DNA from: an uncultured Acidobacteriota bacterium
GTDB lineage: Bacteria > Acidobacteriota > JAQAZP01
NCBI GenBank assembly: GCA_963836075.1
Contig: CAWIIB010000001.1
Location: 960,001-1,024,000, forward strand
DNA: 64,000 bases
Direction: 5' to 3'
Numbering within the stretch: the first letter of the stretch is position 1; every line of letters begins with the position of its first letter. The notes beneath the pieces were generated by a model. The model made no database searches, was not told the DNA's origin, and saw only the letters and a list, made by a program, of their open reading frames with translations. Shown piece by piece: positions 28,514-37,670 of the stretch. The position numbers and the translations under genes are program-made.

Positions 28514-28539
28514 CGCCCGCCCTCGTCGGAGAGCGGGCG
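28514..28539. terminator. Hairpin between convergent lpxK and the LysM gene
   Basis: cgcccgc..gcgggcg stem. Confidence 0.45.
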
Positions 28540-28559
28540 CTGATATTCGTTTCACGTCT

Positions 28560-29741
28560 CTATTTCACATCGACGATGTCGCCGACATAAATTGCACGGA
28601 CACTGCTGATGATCTTCACCGTGGCAAAATTCCGCTCGGTCAGCAGCACCAGTGCTTCTCCCAGCATCAGGCGGAAACCATTCTCGTAGCGGTAGACGGC
28701 AAAGAAATCACCGGGGGCCACCCCGTCGTCGCTGCCCTTGTCGATCACCATCAGGCTGCCCGCGGCCATGGCCACCTGATCGTCGGGAGAGAAGACCAGC
28801 AGCCCTTCGTTCCCCCCGGTCGGCTCATCACAGCGGCCCAGCGGCCTGGTGGGATCCACCACCGGAATGGGCAGATCTTCATAGGGGCTGATCAGATCGC
28901 CGATTTCCACTTCGACACAGTTTCTGGTGATCAGTGCGGTGCAGTTATCCTTGTTGGCGCAGAGGACTTCCAACTGTCCGATCTGCTGCATCGCTATGCC
29001 GATATGCTTGCGGCTGCCGGGGCGCAGGACCTTGCCGGAATTGTGGTGAATGAAAAACCGGTCACCGGCCGAGACGCCGTCGTCCTCTCCACAATCGAGG
29101 TAGATGACGTCCCCGACGGCCTGACTGACCTTGTCCGCCTCTTCGGTACCGATGACACTGTACTGATACCGATCGAGATCGGGCACGACCATCGGTGCAC
29201 AGTAGATATCGACCTCGTTGACCACCGCACCGGGGGTCTCCGCGGGCAACATCAGACCATCCAGATTCATACGATCGGGGTCGACGATCTCTTCGGGCGG
29301 GACGGGTTCATCGCCCAGCTGGTCAACCGCGTCATCACTCATCGGGTCTTCGCCATACTCATCTTCACCGTCCACCATCCGCTCGGCCCCCACCTGCGGG
29401 GCTTCCGGAATCACCAGCGGGTCACCGGGGTAAATCCAGTGCGCATCCTCGATATACCGGTTGGCGTCCCAGATCTGGGGCCACAACAACGGATCACTGT
29501 AAAACCTGGCGGCCAGGTTCCAGAGACAGTCTCCGCGAACGATGATGTAGACATTCGCGTCGGGATCGGTACCGGAAGGTGCCGTGTAGGGTGAGTAGTG
29601 CTCGGACACCGCCACCGGTTCATCACCGGCCATGTCCTGGGCCGCTGCAGGGAATACCAGCACCAGGGAGATGGCGACAGCAATCAGCCCGGCATTGAGA
29701 CAGGTGGAACAAATACCGTGTACACGGATACACATGCCCAT
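28560..29741 (-). CDS. LysM peptidoglycan-binding protein (TsaP-like)
   Basis: YIIVRGDCLWNLAARFYSDPLLWPQIWDANRYIEDAHWIYPGD. Two C-terminal D-x-G-x-x-DGV-x-x-GD beta domains. RBS ggagg before ATG 29741. Confidence 0.8.
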   Translation of the reverse strand: MGMCIRVHGICSTCLNAGLIAVAISLVLVFPAAAQDMAGDEPVAVSEHYSPYTAPSGTDPDANVYIIVRGDCLWNLAARFYSDPLLWPQIWDANRYIEDAHWIYPGDPLVIPEAPQVGAERMVDGEDEYGEDPMSDDAVDQLGDEPVPPEEIVDPDRMNLDGLMLPAETPGAVVNEVDIYCAPMVVPDLDRYQYSVIGTEEADKVSQAVGDVIYLDCGEDDGVSAGDRFFIHHNSGKVLRPGSRKHIGIAMQQIGQLEVLCANKDNCTALITRNCVEVEIGDLISPYEDLPIPVVDPTRPLGRCDEPTGGNEGLLVFSPDDQVAMAAGSLMVIDKGSDDGVAPGDFFAVYRYENGFRLMLGEALVLLTERNFATVKIISSVRAIYVGDIVDVK

Positions 29742-29790
29742 GAGATCCGCCTCCATTCTGGTTGTCACAGGAAACATTAGTTATGTTAAC

Positions 29791-29820
29791 AAATTAGCAA
29801 ATTCGCCGGTGCAGTGTCAA
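29791..29820 (-). promoter_or_regulatory. Sigma70 promoter for the LysM gene (TTGACA-18-TAATTT, extended TG)
   Basis: Reverse complement of aaattagcaaattcgccggtgcagtgtcaa. Confidence 0.5.
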
Positions 29821-30669
29821 CCATCCTGCGTCTCGGCCATTTCGTCCATATCGTCCATATCGGCCAAACGCCGCTCAGCTTTAGCAGAATATTCACAGTC
29901 GGGGTATTTTTCCAGGAGTTGCTGGAAATAGATACGCGACTCCTCAATCTTGCTGTCGCGGCGGAGAGACTCGGCCAGATAGTAGTAAACAGCTGGCATA
30001 TCGTGGAAGTCTTCATATTGCCGGTCGCGGAGGATTCGCTTGAACCGCTGGGCCGCGGCATTGAACCCCCGGCTGCGGTAGTAGAAATAGCCCACCGCGT
30101 ACTCGTGGCCGGCCATGTTGCTGTTGCAGACCTTCATCTGCTCCTGGGACAGGGCCGCATAATCGCTGTCCGGGCAGAGATTGATCACCCGCATGAACTC
30201 GGCCAGGGCCTTGCGGGTGGCCTTCTGGTCCCGGTCTGGCTTCTCCATCAGCTCGAAGTAACTGTTGGCAATCTGGTATCGGGCGTAGCAGACCAGGTCG
30301 TTCTGAGGGTAGTAGCTGACGAATGACTCGTAGAGGGCGATGGCCTCGTAGTATTCGGAGCGCCGGTCCACCAGGAAATAGCTGTCGGCGATTTTAAGCT
30401 TGGCCCGGTAGTAGAGATCGCTTTCGGGATAGATGGCCGTCAGCTCGGTGTAGTAGTCCCGTGCCTTGTCATAGCGCTTCTTTTCCATCGCCTCTTCACC
30501 CAGTTCGAAGAGACGCTGGTCGGTGAGGATCCTGCCCTGGGATTTCTTCCCGGCACAGGCAAACCCGCCGAGGGCCGCTGCCAGAAGAAGTCACCGCTGC
30601 CGTTGTCCGGGCGAACCGGCTGACAAGGTGCGCCGGCCGGCCGCTGCCGTTCCATTTATTTCGCTGCAT
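29817..30669 (-). CDS. bamD: Outer membrane protein assembly lipoprotein BamD; N-terminus interrupted (TGA/frameshift at ~30591)
   Basis: TPR pattern AKLKIADSYF..YESFVSYYP..PDRDQKATRKA..AGHEYAVGYFY..AAAQRF. Frame extends upstream to LLLAAALGGFAC (lipobox-like), then hits TGA at 30593-30591. Confidence 0.8.
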
Positions 30670-30686
30670 GGTTTGCTCCATTGACG

Positions 30687-31376
30687 TCACTGCCCCGCCG
30701 TTCTGCCGGCTTCGCCGTCCCGGGCCAGGGCCAGCAGTTCTCGCACGTTGGCTGCAGGATCCGGCCCGCCATATACCGCACTGCCGGCCACCAGCCAGTT
30801 GGCGCCGCGCCGCACCACCTCGGCGATGTTGTCCCTGCACACACCGCCGTCCACCTCGATCTGTACCCGGTCCAGGGCTCCACCGGCCTCCAGCAGGCGG
30901 CTCAACCGGGAGATCTTGTCCAGCGAGGCGGGGATGAAAGACTGGCCCCCGAACCCGGGGTTGACGCTCATCAGCACCACGAAATCGAGATCGTCCAGCA
31001 CTTCCTCCAGCACGGTCAGCGGCGTTGCCGGATTGAGGGCCACACCGGCTCCGGCCCCCAGCTGGCGAATCAGGGCCAGCGTTCGCTGGAGGTGCGGCAG
31101 GGTTTCCGCGTGCACTGCGACGAAATCGGCCCCGGCCTTGATGAAATCAGGGATGTACTGGTCCGGGTTTTCGATCATCAGGTGGACGTCGAAGGGCCGT
31201 TCGGTCCAGCTCTTGATCCACTTGACGATCACCGGGCCCAGGGTCAGATTGGGAACAAAGTGCCCGTCCATCACGTCGACGTGGATCAACTGGGCGCCGG
31301 CCTGGTCCACCAGGCGCACCTGCTCCCCAAGACGCGAGAAATCAGCGGACAGAATGGATGGTGCCAGTTTAATCAT
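30687..31376 (-). CDS. rpe: Ribulose-phosphate 3-epimerase
   Basis: APSILSADF, HVDVMDGHFVPNLT, DVHLM, MSVNPGFGGQ, VDGG, AGSA. Confidence 0.97.
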   Translation of the reverse strand: MIKLAPSILSADFSRLGEQVRLVDQAGAQLIHVDVMDGHFVPNLTLGPVIVKWIKSWTERPFDVHLMIENPDQYIPDFIKAGADFVAVHAETLPHLQRTLALIRQLGAGAGVALNPATPLTVLEEVLDDLDFVVLMSVNPGFGGQSFIPASLDKISRLSRLLEAGGALDRVQIEVDGGVCRDNIAEVVRRGANWLVAGSAVYGGPDPAANVRELLALARDGEAGRTAGQ

Positions 31377-31449
31377 GCTCTTCCATCTTTGACGTCTGGC
31401 CAGGTTTTCCAGACCCGCGCCAGGGGCCGGTGAACCGGCCGGTTGACGT

Positions 31450-32205
31450 TCACTCCCTGTTGACGGTCAGCTCGATGATCCTCTTCCTGGTCACCGGGTG
31501 CCCCGCCGGCGGGGACTGGTCCACGATCACCCCCCGCTCCAGGCCTTCATATACGGCATACTTGACGAATCCCAGCCGGAACCCCGCGTCCTCCAGGCGC
31601 CGCCTAACATTCTCCACGCCGTAACCGATGAGGTCCGGCATGACCCAGGTCTGCTCCCGGGTCCCGCGGCTCACCAGCAGGTTCACCCGTCGGCCCCGGT
31701 ATTCCTCCAGGCCCGCACCCGGGTCCTGGGCCACGATCCTGTTCTCCGGAATACCGGGCCACCAGGCGTAGGCCACTCCGCCCATTTTGAACCCGCTCTG
31801 GCTGATCATGATCCGCGTGTGCTGGACCGTGTTCTGCTGCAGATCGGGCATGGTGAGCCGCTGGGGACCGAGGCTCAGAATCACCTTCACCTTGCGGGTC
31901 TGCTTCAGCCAACTGCCCGCCTCGGGAATCTGTTTCAGGACCCGTCCCGCCGGGATCTGCTCGCTGTACTGCGACTTTGTCTCCAGGACATGGAGGTTGA
32001 GCCCTTCCTGCTGAACCAGGGACAGGGCCTCGCGGGTCTGCAGTCCCACCAGGTCCGGCGTCAACACCTCGCGGCCACGGATCACCAGGATCACGGTGAG
32101 CCAGGCGCTGAGCATGGTGATCACCAGCAGCCCCCCGGCGACGATCAGCCAACGGAAGAGCCGGGCAAGCCCGTTCCACCACCTGCCGAAGGATCTGGAC
32201 GGCAT
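31450..32205 (-). CDS. Membrane-anchored PASTA-domain protein (three PASTA repeats, no kinase domain)
   Basis: N-terminal TM, then PDLVG..QxP..SLG, MPDL..QDP..SRG and MPDLIG..QSP repeats. RBS gaggag before MPSRSF. Confidence 0.88.
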   Translation of the reverse strand: MPSRSFGRWWNGLARLFRWLIVAGGLLVITMLSAWLTVILVIRGREVLTPDLVGLQTREALSLVQQEGLNLHVLETKSQYSEQIPAGRVLKQIPEAGSWLKQTRKVKVILSLGPQRLTMPDLQQNTVQHTRIMISQSGFKMGGVAYAWWPGIPENRIVAQDPGAGLEEYRGRRVNLLVSRGTREQTWVMPDLIGYGVENVRRRLEDAGFRLGFVKYAVYEGLERGVIVDQSPPAGHPVTRKRIIELTVNRE

Positions 32206-32311
32206 GGCTCTAAACTCCTCCACCCCACAAGGTTGACGCCGACACAAATACGAACCTATGAGTGGATGAATGATAACACTTTTCAGGCTCGATTACCCAA
32301 CGGTCCTCCGC

Positions 32312-33694
32312 TCAAGCCGGGCGAACCATCCGGGCGGCAAAAAATCCGTCGCAACCGTCCCGGTGGGGCAAACTGCGCAGCGTTCCGTCAGGCCCCGCAA
32401 GGCAGTGGAGACCCGGCGGCAGATACGGCGCCGCGTTGTCGAGGCGGAACCCGGTCCGGGCGAGGAACCGTTCCACCACCTGCGGCCCCTCCTCCGTTTC
32501 CAGGGAGCAGACCGAGTAGACCAGCGTCCCACCCCGGGCCACCAGCCGGGCACACCCGCCGAGAATGTCCAGCTGCTTTTCCGCCAGCTGCGCAGGGGCC
32601 CCGGCAGACAGGCGCCAGCGGATCTCGGGGTGCCGCCGCAGGGTCCCGGTGCCCGAACAGGGGGCGTCCACCTGCACGGCCTGAAACGCCCCCCCCCGGG
32701 CGGGCGGCGCCGACAGGTCGCAGACCAGCGGCAGCACCCACGGACAGCCCATGCGGCGCACGTTCTCCCCAACCATGGCCAGGCGGTCGCGGTTGATATC
32801 CGCGGCCACCACCCGGCCTTGGGACCCGCACATCTCGGCCAACCGGACGGTCTTGGCCCCGGGGGCGGCACAACCGTCCAGGACCCACTCCCCCGGCACC
32901 AGACCGGTGAGCAGCGGAATGACCTGGGAAGCCGGATCCTGAACCAGCACCCGGCCCTGGACAAAGGCCCGGGTGTGGCGCAGTGTTCCCGCGGTCACCT
33001 GCCAGGCACCAGGGAACTGGGGGTGCGGTTCGGCTTCGACGCCATCCCCGGAGAGTTGCCGGATGATCTTGTCCTCGCCCTCCCACGGCCGACCCGGTAT
33101 CCGGGGCATCCGAAAAGCCACCGGCGGGCGCGCGGCCGACGCCTCGGCCAGTTGCTCCGCTTCGGCGGCGCCGAAACGGTCCACCCAGCGTTCGGCCAGC
33201 CACGGAGGCAGGGAAAACCGGTGGGCAATATGGTGCTGAGGTCGCCGAGGATCACGCCGCGGCTCAGGATAGTGTCCGCGGTCCCGTGCCGCGGCCCGCA
33301 GCACACCATTGGCGTAAGAGACCGCAGCCGGCCCGCAACTGCGGCCCGCCGCTGCCACGGTTTCGTTGACCGCCGCCCAATCGGGAATCCGGTCCAGGAA
33401 GACCAGCTGGTAGAGTCCCAGGCGCAGACACTGCAGCAGCTCAGGCTGGAGCGTACCCAGGGCCCGCCGGCTGTAGCGGTTGAGCAGGAAATCGAGACGG
33501 CCCCGCCAGCGCAGGGTCCCGCCCACCAGTTCCCGGAGCAGCGCACGGTCGGAGCGTTCGGGAAACCGCTCCCCGGCGCTGCGCAGCAGCAGGTGTGAGA
33601 AACCACCGTCCTCCACCTGTTGCAGGATCGTCGCCGCGCTGCCCCGGACGCTCCGCCGCCGGCCGGCCGCCCGCCGTGGCGCTTCCGCGCTCAC
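32312..33694 (-). CDS. rsmB: 16S rRNA m5C967 methyltransferase RsmB/Sun
   Basis: NusB-like N-domain (LRLGLYQL..AAVNETV..NGVLR), VQDPASQ, CAAPGAKT, DAPCSGTG, YSVCS. Confidence 0.93.
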   Translation of the reverse strand: MSAEAPRRAAGRRRSVRGSAATILQQVEDGGFSHLLLRSAGERFPERSDRALLRELVGGTLRWRGRLDFLLNRYSRRALGTLQPELLQCLRLGLYQLVFLDRIPDWAAVNETVAAAGRSCGPAAVSYANGVLRAAARDRGHYPEPRRDPRRPQHHIAHRFSLPPWLAERWVDRFGAAEAEQLAEASAARPPVAFRMPRIPGRPWEGEDKIIRQLSGDGVEAEPHPQFPGAWQVTAGTLRHTRAFVQGRVLVQDPASQVIPLLTGLVPGEWVLDGCAAPGAKTVRLAEMCGSQGRVVAADINRDRLAMVGENVRRMGCPWVLPLVCDLSAPPARGGAFQAVQVDAPCSGTGTLRRHPEIRWRLSAGAPAQLAEKQLDILGGCARLVARGGTLVYSVCSLETEEGPQVVERFLARTGFRLDNAAPYLPPGLHCLAGPDGTLRSLPHRDGCDGFFAARMVRPA

Positions 33695-34680
33695 GGCCCG
33701 GCCGCCGGGGAATCACCGCAAAGCCGCTGGCCTTCATTGACATAACGGCCATTGAGACAGCTGCAGCCGTCCATGGCCGAACGGTTGGCCGGTTGGGCCG
33801 TGAGCAGCTGGAGCACCGTAGCGCCTCCGCAGGCCACCAGGAACCCCTGACGGTGACGTCCCAGAACCTGTCCCGGCACCGCCGCGCTCTCCTGCACCGA
33901 TGCCGGGGGATCATGCCGGTCCAGCGGCTGGGCCGCCAGCACCCTGAGCCGCGCACCGCCGCAAAAGGTGTAGGTTCCCGGCCAGGGATTGAGCGCCCGC
34001 ACCTGGCGGTCGATCTCCGTGGCAGTGCGGTCCCAGCAGATCAGGCCGTCCTCCTTGCGCAGGAGCGGGGCGAGGGTGGCCAGGCTGTCATCCTGGGGCC
34101 GCGGCTCGAGGGTTCCATGCTCCAGCCCATCCAGGGTTTCCAGCAGGAGGTCGCCACCGCGGGCGGCAAGGGTGTGGGAAAGCTCCGGGGCCGTCACCCG
34201 CGGACCCAGCGGGATCCGCTGCTGGAGCAGGATGGCGCCGGTATCCAGGCCGGCGTCGATCATCATGGTGGTCACACCGGTCTCCGGCTCGCCGCGGAGC
34301 AGGGCGTGCTGGATGGGGGCAGCGCCGCGAAGCCGGGGGAGCAACGAGGCGTGGACGTTGATACAGCCCAGCCGGGGGATGGCCAGCAGATCGGGTGGCA
34401 GGATCAGCCCATAGGCCACCACCACCACCGCATCGGGCTCAAGGCCGGCCAGCAGTTCCCCGGCCTGCTGGTTGCGGCGCAGCCTGAGCGGCTGGTGCAC
34501 CGGCAGGCCGGCCTCCACGGCCAGACGCTTCACCGGCCCGAAGGCGACCTTCCGCCGGCGCCCGGAGGGCCTGTCCGGCTGACAGAACACCGCCTGGACC
34601 CGGTGGTCCGATCCGGTCAGCGCCCGGAAGGTGGGGACGGCGAATTCGGGTGTTCCCATAAAGACGATATTCACGGACAT
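33691..34680 (-). CDS. fmt: Methionyl-tRNA formyltransferase
   Basis: IVFMGTPEFA, QPDRP, VVAYG, NVHASLLP..RGAAPI, GLDTG, LNPWP. Start ATG 34680 or GTG 34674. Confidence 0.96.
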   Translation of the reverse strand: MSVNIVFMGTPEFAVPTFRALTGSDHRVQAVFCQPDRPSGRRRKVAFGPVKRLAVEAGLPVHQPLRLRRNQQAGELLAGLEPDAVVVVAYGLILPPDLLAIPRLGCINVHASLLPRLRGAAPIQHALLRGEPETGVTTMMIDAGLDTGAILLQQRIPLGPRVTAPELSHTLAARGGDLLLETLDGLEHGTLEPRPQDDSLATLAPLLRKEDGLICWDRTATEIDRQVRALNPWPGTYTFCGGARLRVLAAQPLDRHDPPASVQESAAVPGQVLGRHRQGFLVACGGATVLQLLTAQPANRSAMDGCSCLNGRYVNEGQRLCGDSPAAGP

Positions 34681-34723
34681 CCTCCTGAACTGCCCCAATC
34701 CGCGGCGGGCATGTGGACGTTGA

Positions 34724-34752
34724 GACCTACCACAGGGGTTCTGGCCTGTCAA
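34724..34752 (-). promoter_or_regulatory. Sigma70-like promoter for the fmt operon (TTGACA-17-TAGGTC)
   Basis: Perfect -35 with 17-nt spacer; weaker -10. Confidence 0.45.
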
Positions 34753-34912
34753 GAAATCGGGAGCGCGGGGAAATCCCGCCGCCGTCCTTCAAGTGTCCCC
34801 CAAAGTGATCACTCTCCGCGGTATACTGTGCGTGAGGGGAACGCTTTTCGGGAATTGCTCATTTTCGTCTTCAGAAAAAGCTGAAAATACAGCGGTTACA
34901 TGCAGGACAAGG

Positions 34913-34928
34913 TGGCATCGGACTTGCA
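34913..34928 (+). promoter_or_regulatory. Sigma54 (-24/-12) promoter
   Basis: TGGCATC-GGAC-TTGCA matches the TGGCACG-N4-TTGC spacing. AT-rich IHF-like site at ~34876-34899. Confidence 0.65.
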
Positions 34929-35010
34929 AAACACTTATAATGATGTTGGAGAACTACTGATTAGCAGCGCACCGGAGTAGTGGGCTGTTCACATCCGCGA
35001 GGAGGCCACA

Positions 35011-36951
35011 ATGAAATGCCACGATGCACAGGGCAGACCAGGGAACCTGGCCGAGCACGCTCTTTGGCACAGGGCCGCTCTTTACGTCACCACTGCCATC
35101 ATTCTGCTGGCCCTCTGCTGGCCGGTCCCGGCCCAGGAAGCCACCGCTCCGGAGGCAGCGGTCCAGGACCAGTGGGGAGCGCACTTTGTTCGCACAGCCC
35201 ACGTTGAAGGGCAGGTCACTATCCAGCGGGCCAGCGAGATCCGCAGCGAGGACGCCCTGCTCAACATGCCGGTGATCCCCGGCGATCGGCTGTGGACCGG
35301 TGACGACGGCCGTGCCGAGCTGCAGCTGGCCGACGGCATGCTGCTGCGGATGAACTACTCCACCAAGCTGGACACCGAGGCCCTCGGCGTTCCAGGTGAC
35401 GGAAAAAACGACGTGACCGTGCTGCGGCTCTGGTCCGGATCGGCCATACTCAACGGCGGCGTTTTCGACTCCCCGGACAAGACCCTGCAGATGGACACCC
35501 CGGCCGCCTCGGCTTTTCTGCTGGAAGAGGGATACACCCGCATAGACATCGATACCGACGGGGCCACTTTTGTGTCGGTCTACCGCGGCCTGACCGAAGT
35601 GGTGGCCATGGACAGCTCGGTGCTGGTCCGGGCGGGCCAGCGCACGGTGGTGGGCCCGGGATACGCACCGGCAGAACCGTTCACCTTCAACACCACCGAG
35701 CTGGACGATTTCGGCCACTGGAGCGATGAGCGGGACCAGCTGTACAGCGCCAACTACAGCGAATCGTATGTCGACGAATCCATCGCCCACTACGCCTCCA
35801 ATCTCACTGACTACGGCAACTGGTTCTACGTCTCCTACTACAACTCCTACTGCTGGCGCCCCTACGTGGGCTTCGGCTGGTCGCCCTACTACTACGGCTA
35901 CTGGTCCTGGTATCCGTGGGGCTACTACTGGAACTCCTGGGAGCCGTGGGGCTGGTGCTGCTACCACTACGGCCGCTGGGACTGGTGTCCCGGATACGGC
36001 TGGGCCTGGATCCCCGGAAACCAGTGGTCCGGCGGCTGGGTCAGATGGGGCGTGGGCGACGACTACGTGGGCTGGGCTCCCCTCGACTACGACAACCGCG
36101 CCGCCACGGTGACCTACGACCAGGGCGGCGACCAGGGCCTGACCTCCCGCGAGGGCCGTCCGCTCACCGTGAACAACTCCGACGGGGGACTGCGCAATAT
36201 CGACGCCAACTCCTGGACCTTTGCCAAGCCGGATGCCCTCTCCGCGGCCGGCCGCTCGACCAGCTACCTCGGCTATGACGAGGTGGTGGACCGGCGGCCG
36301 ATGAAGCTGCTCACCAGCCCGCTGGCCGTTTCCCAGAAGGACGCCGGAGACCCCGGGCCGGCCCTGCAGAAGCTTTACCAGTCCAACGAGTTCAGCGGAG
36401 GCACCCCGGAGAAGTCCGGGTCCCCGAACAGCGCGTTCACCACCACCGGGCGGCGCTACGCCATCCCCGGCGGTTCGAATTCCTACAGCAACACCTACCA
36501 GTCCCCCCGCCGCGGCGGTTCCGCCGGGGTGGTCACCAATCCGCCCACTTCCCGGACCGGATCCCGCTACGGCAGCACTTCCGTACCGCCGCGGACCACC
36601 AGGGAGAAATCCTATTCGAAGCAGATCTACAACGGCGTGAAGCAACCGGCCCGGAGCTACAGCAGCCCGGGTACCAGCCGGAGCACATCCTCGATCCCGC
36701 CCCGGCTGAACAGAACGCCGTCGCGGACGGCTGCACCGCCGTCGGGAACCCGGCCTCCGTCCACCAGGAGCACCACCGTTCCGCAGCGAGCGCCGGCCCG
36801 GCCGCCGCAGAGAAGCATCAGCAGGCCGGCGGCTCCGAGCAGACCTTCCGGGAGATCGGTGAGCCGGCCCTCGGCGCCGAGCCGCCCCAGCAGCCCGCCC
36901 TCGCGGCCGTCCGGCTCGTCGGGCCGGTCCTCGAAGGGCAAGAAGGGCTAG
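35011..36951 (+). CDS. Secreted FecR-like domain / DUF6600-like protein with Pro-Ser-Arg-rich disordered tail
   Basis: NMPVIPGDRLWTGDDGRAELQL (FecR-like), L-x-x-YG-x-W..WSPYYYGYW..EPWGW..YHYGRW..GWAWIPG..VGWAPL aromatic domain, basic low-complexity tail. Confidence 0.8.
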   Translation: MKCHDAQGRPGNLAEHALWHRAALYVTTAIILLALCWPVPAQEATAPEAAVQDQWGAHFVRTAHVEGQVTIQRASEIRSEDALLNMPVIPGDRLWTGDDGRAELQLADGMLLRMNYSTKLDTEALGVPGDGKNDVTVLRLWSGSAILNGGVFDSPDKTLQMDTPAASAFLLEEGYTRIDIDTDGATFVSVYRGLTEVVAMDSSVLVRAGQRTVVGPGYAPAEPFTFNTTELDDFGHWSDERDQLYSANYSESYVDESIAHYASNLTDYGNWFYVSYYNSYCWRPYVGFGWSPYYYGYWSWYPWGYYWNSWEPWGWCCYHYGRWDWCPGYGWAWIPGNQWSGGWVRWGVGDDYVGWAPLDYDNRAATVTYDQGGDQGLTSREGRPLTVNNSDGGLRNIDANSWTFAKPDALSAAGRSTSYLGYDEVVDRRPMKLLTSPLAVSQKDAGDPGPALQKLYQSNEFSGGTPEKSGSPNSAFTTTGRRYAIPGGSNSYSNTYQSPRRGGSAGVVTNPPTSRTGSRYGSTSVPPRTTREKSYSKQIYNGVKQPARSYSSPGTSRSTSSIPPRLNRTPSRTAAPPSGTRPPSTRSTTVPQRAPARPPQRSISRPAAPSRPSGRSVSRPSAPSRPSSPPSRPSGSSGRSSKGKKG

Positions 36952-37015
36952 GTAGGCATACTGAGCAGCGCAGTCGATTCCGTGTTTTTTGCACTCAAAC
37001 TCAATGGAGGGTGTC

Positions 37016-37462
37016 ATGAAACAGACGGGAATCCTTCGAATCGTGCTGCCGGTGCTTCTGCTGCCGGCAATGATGGCGGGTTGCACGCTGATGAAAGTCA
37101 CCAGCCTCGGCGAGCAGCCCCCGCCCCATGAACAGCACTGGACAGAGGTTGACGTTTACCAGGATATCGGGGATGTTCCAGAGGCATACCAGGAAATCGC
37201 CGTCCTGGAGATCAGATCGGCATTGACCAAAAAGAAGATGCTCTACGACTGCCGGCGCAGAGCTGCCCGGTTGGGGGCCAACGGGATTGTGCTGCAGCAG
37301 GTGGGCCGTCACGATGAACTGGTCCCGATCTTCACCGGATCCGTGTACATCCCGGTGGTCAGTGAGCAGTGGGATGGTCGAATTCTCGCCATCCGTGTGA
37401 ATCGAGCGCCGGCAGAAGACGTTGTGCGGCTGTCCCGGATGGGGCAGGACGGGATGAGCTGA
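37016..37462 (+). CDS. Hypothetical lipoprotein (possible YbjQ/heavy-metal-binding-like fold)
   Basis: RBS ggagg. Lipobox MAGC. YQEIAVL..RAARLGANGIVL motif. Confidence 0.7.
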   Translation: MKQTGILRIVLPVLLLPAMMAGCTLMKVTSLGEQPPPHEQHWTEVDVYQDIGDVPEAYQEIAVLEIRSALTKKKMLYDCRRRAARLGANGIVLQQVGRHDELVPIFTGSVYIPVVSEQWDGRILAIRVNRAPAEDVVRLSRMGQDGMS

Positions 37463-37579
37463 AACAGTTACGCTGATCGCAATCAGCCCCGGAGCAGGAA
37501 CGACCTGCCGCGGGGCTCTTCCATGTACCGGCCACGCCACTCCCCTGCCACGGCAGGTGGTGACAGTCACCCGCACAGT

Positions 37580-37615
37580 AAAAAAGCCCCGCGAACTGGA
37601 TGTCCGCGGGGCTTT
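37580..37615. terminator. Bidirectional-type intrinsic terminator
   Basis: aaaaaagccccgcg..cgcggggcttt between convergent genes. Second hairpin ccgcgggcggc-caaa-gccgcccgcgg at 37631-37656. Confidence 0.75.
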
Positions 37616-37670
37616 CGGCAGGTCAAAGGGCCGCGGGCGGCCAAAGCCGCCCGCGGGTTGAGGTCAGCAG

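Noticed and set aside
30591-30593. Genome-wide TGA reassignment (Trp/Gly) suggested by bamD
   Set aside because: Many conserved genes here (thiolase, waaA, lpxK, purB, rpe, mutM) end at TGA at their expected lengths.
36700-36940. Short tandem ccggcc/agccg repeats
   Set aside because: They encode the low-complexity P/S/R tail of the 35011-36951 protein and are not an independent repeat element.
34954-37101. Long antisense ORFs (34954-37101 -, 38136-40184 +, 10994-12922 +, 48862-50910 +, 40781-42391 -, 53732-55414 +)
   Set aside because: They mirror well-supported genes on the opposite strand and have no motifs. This is the expected shadow of high-GC codon bias.
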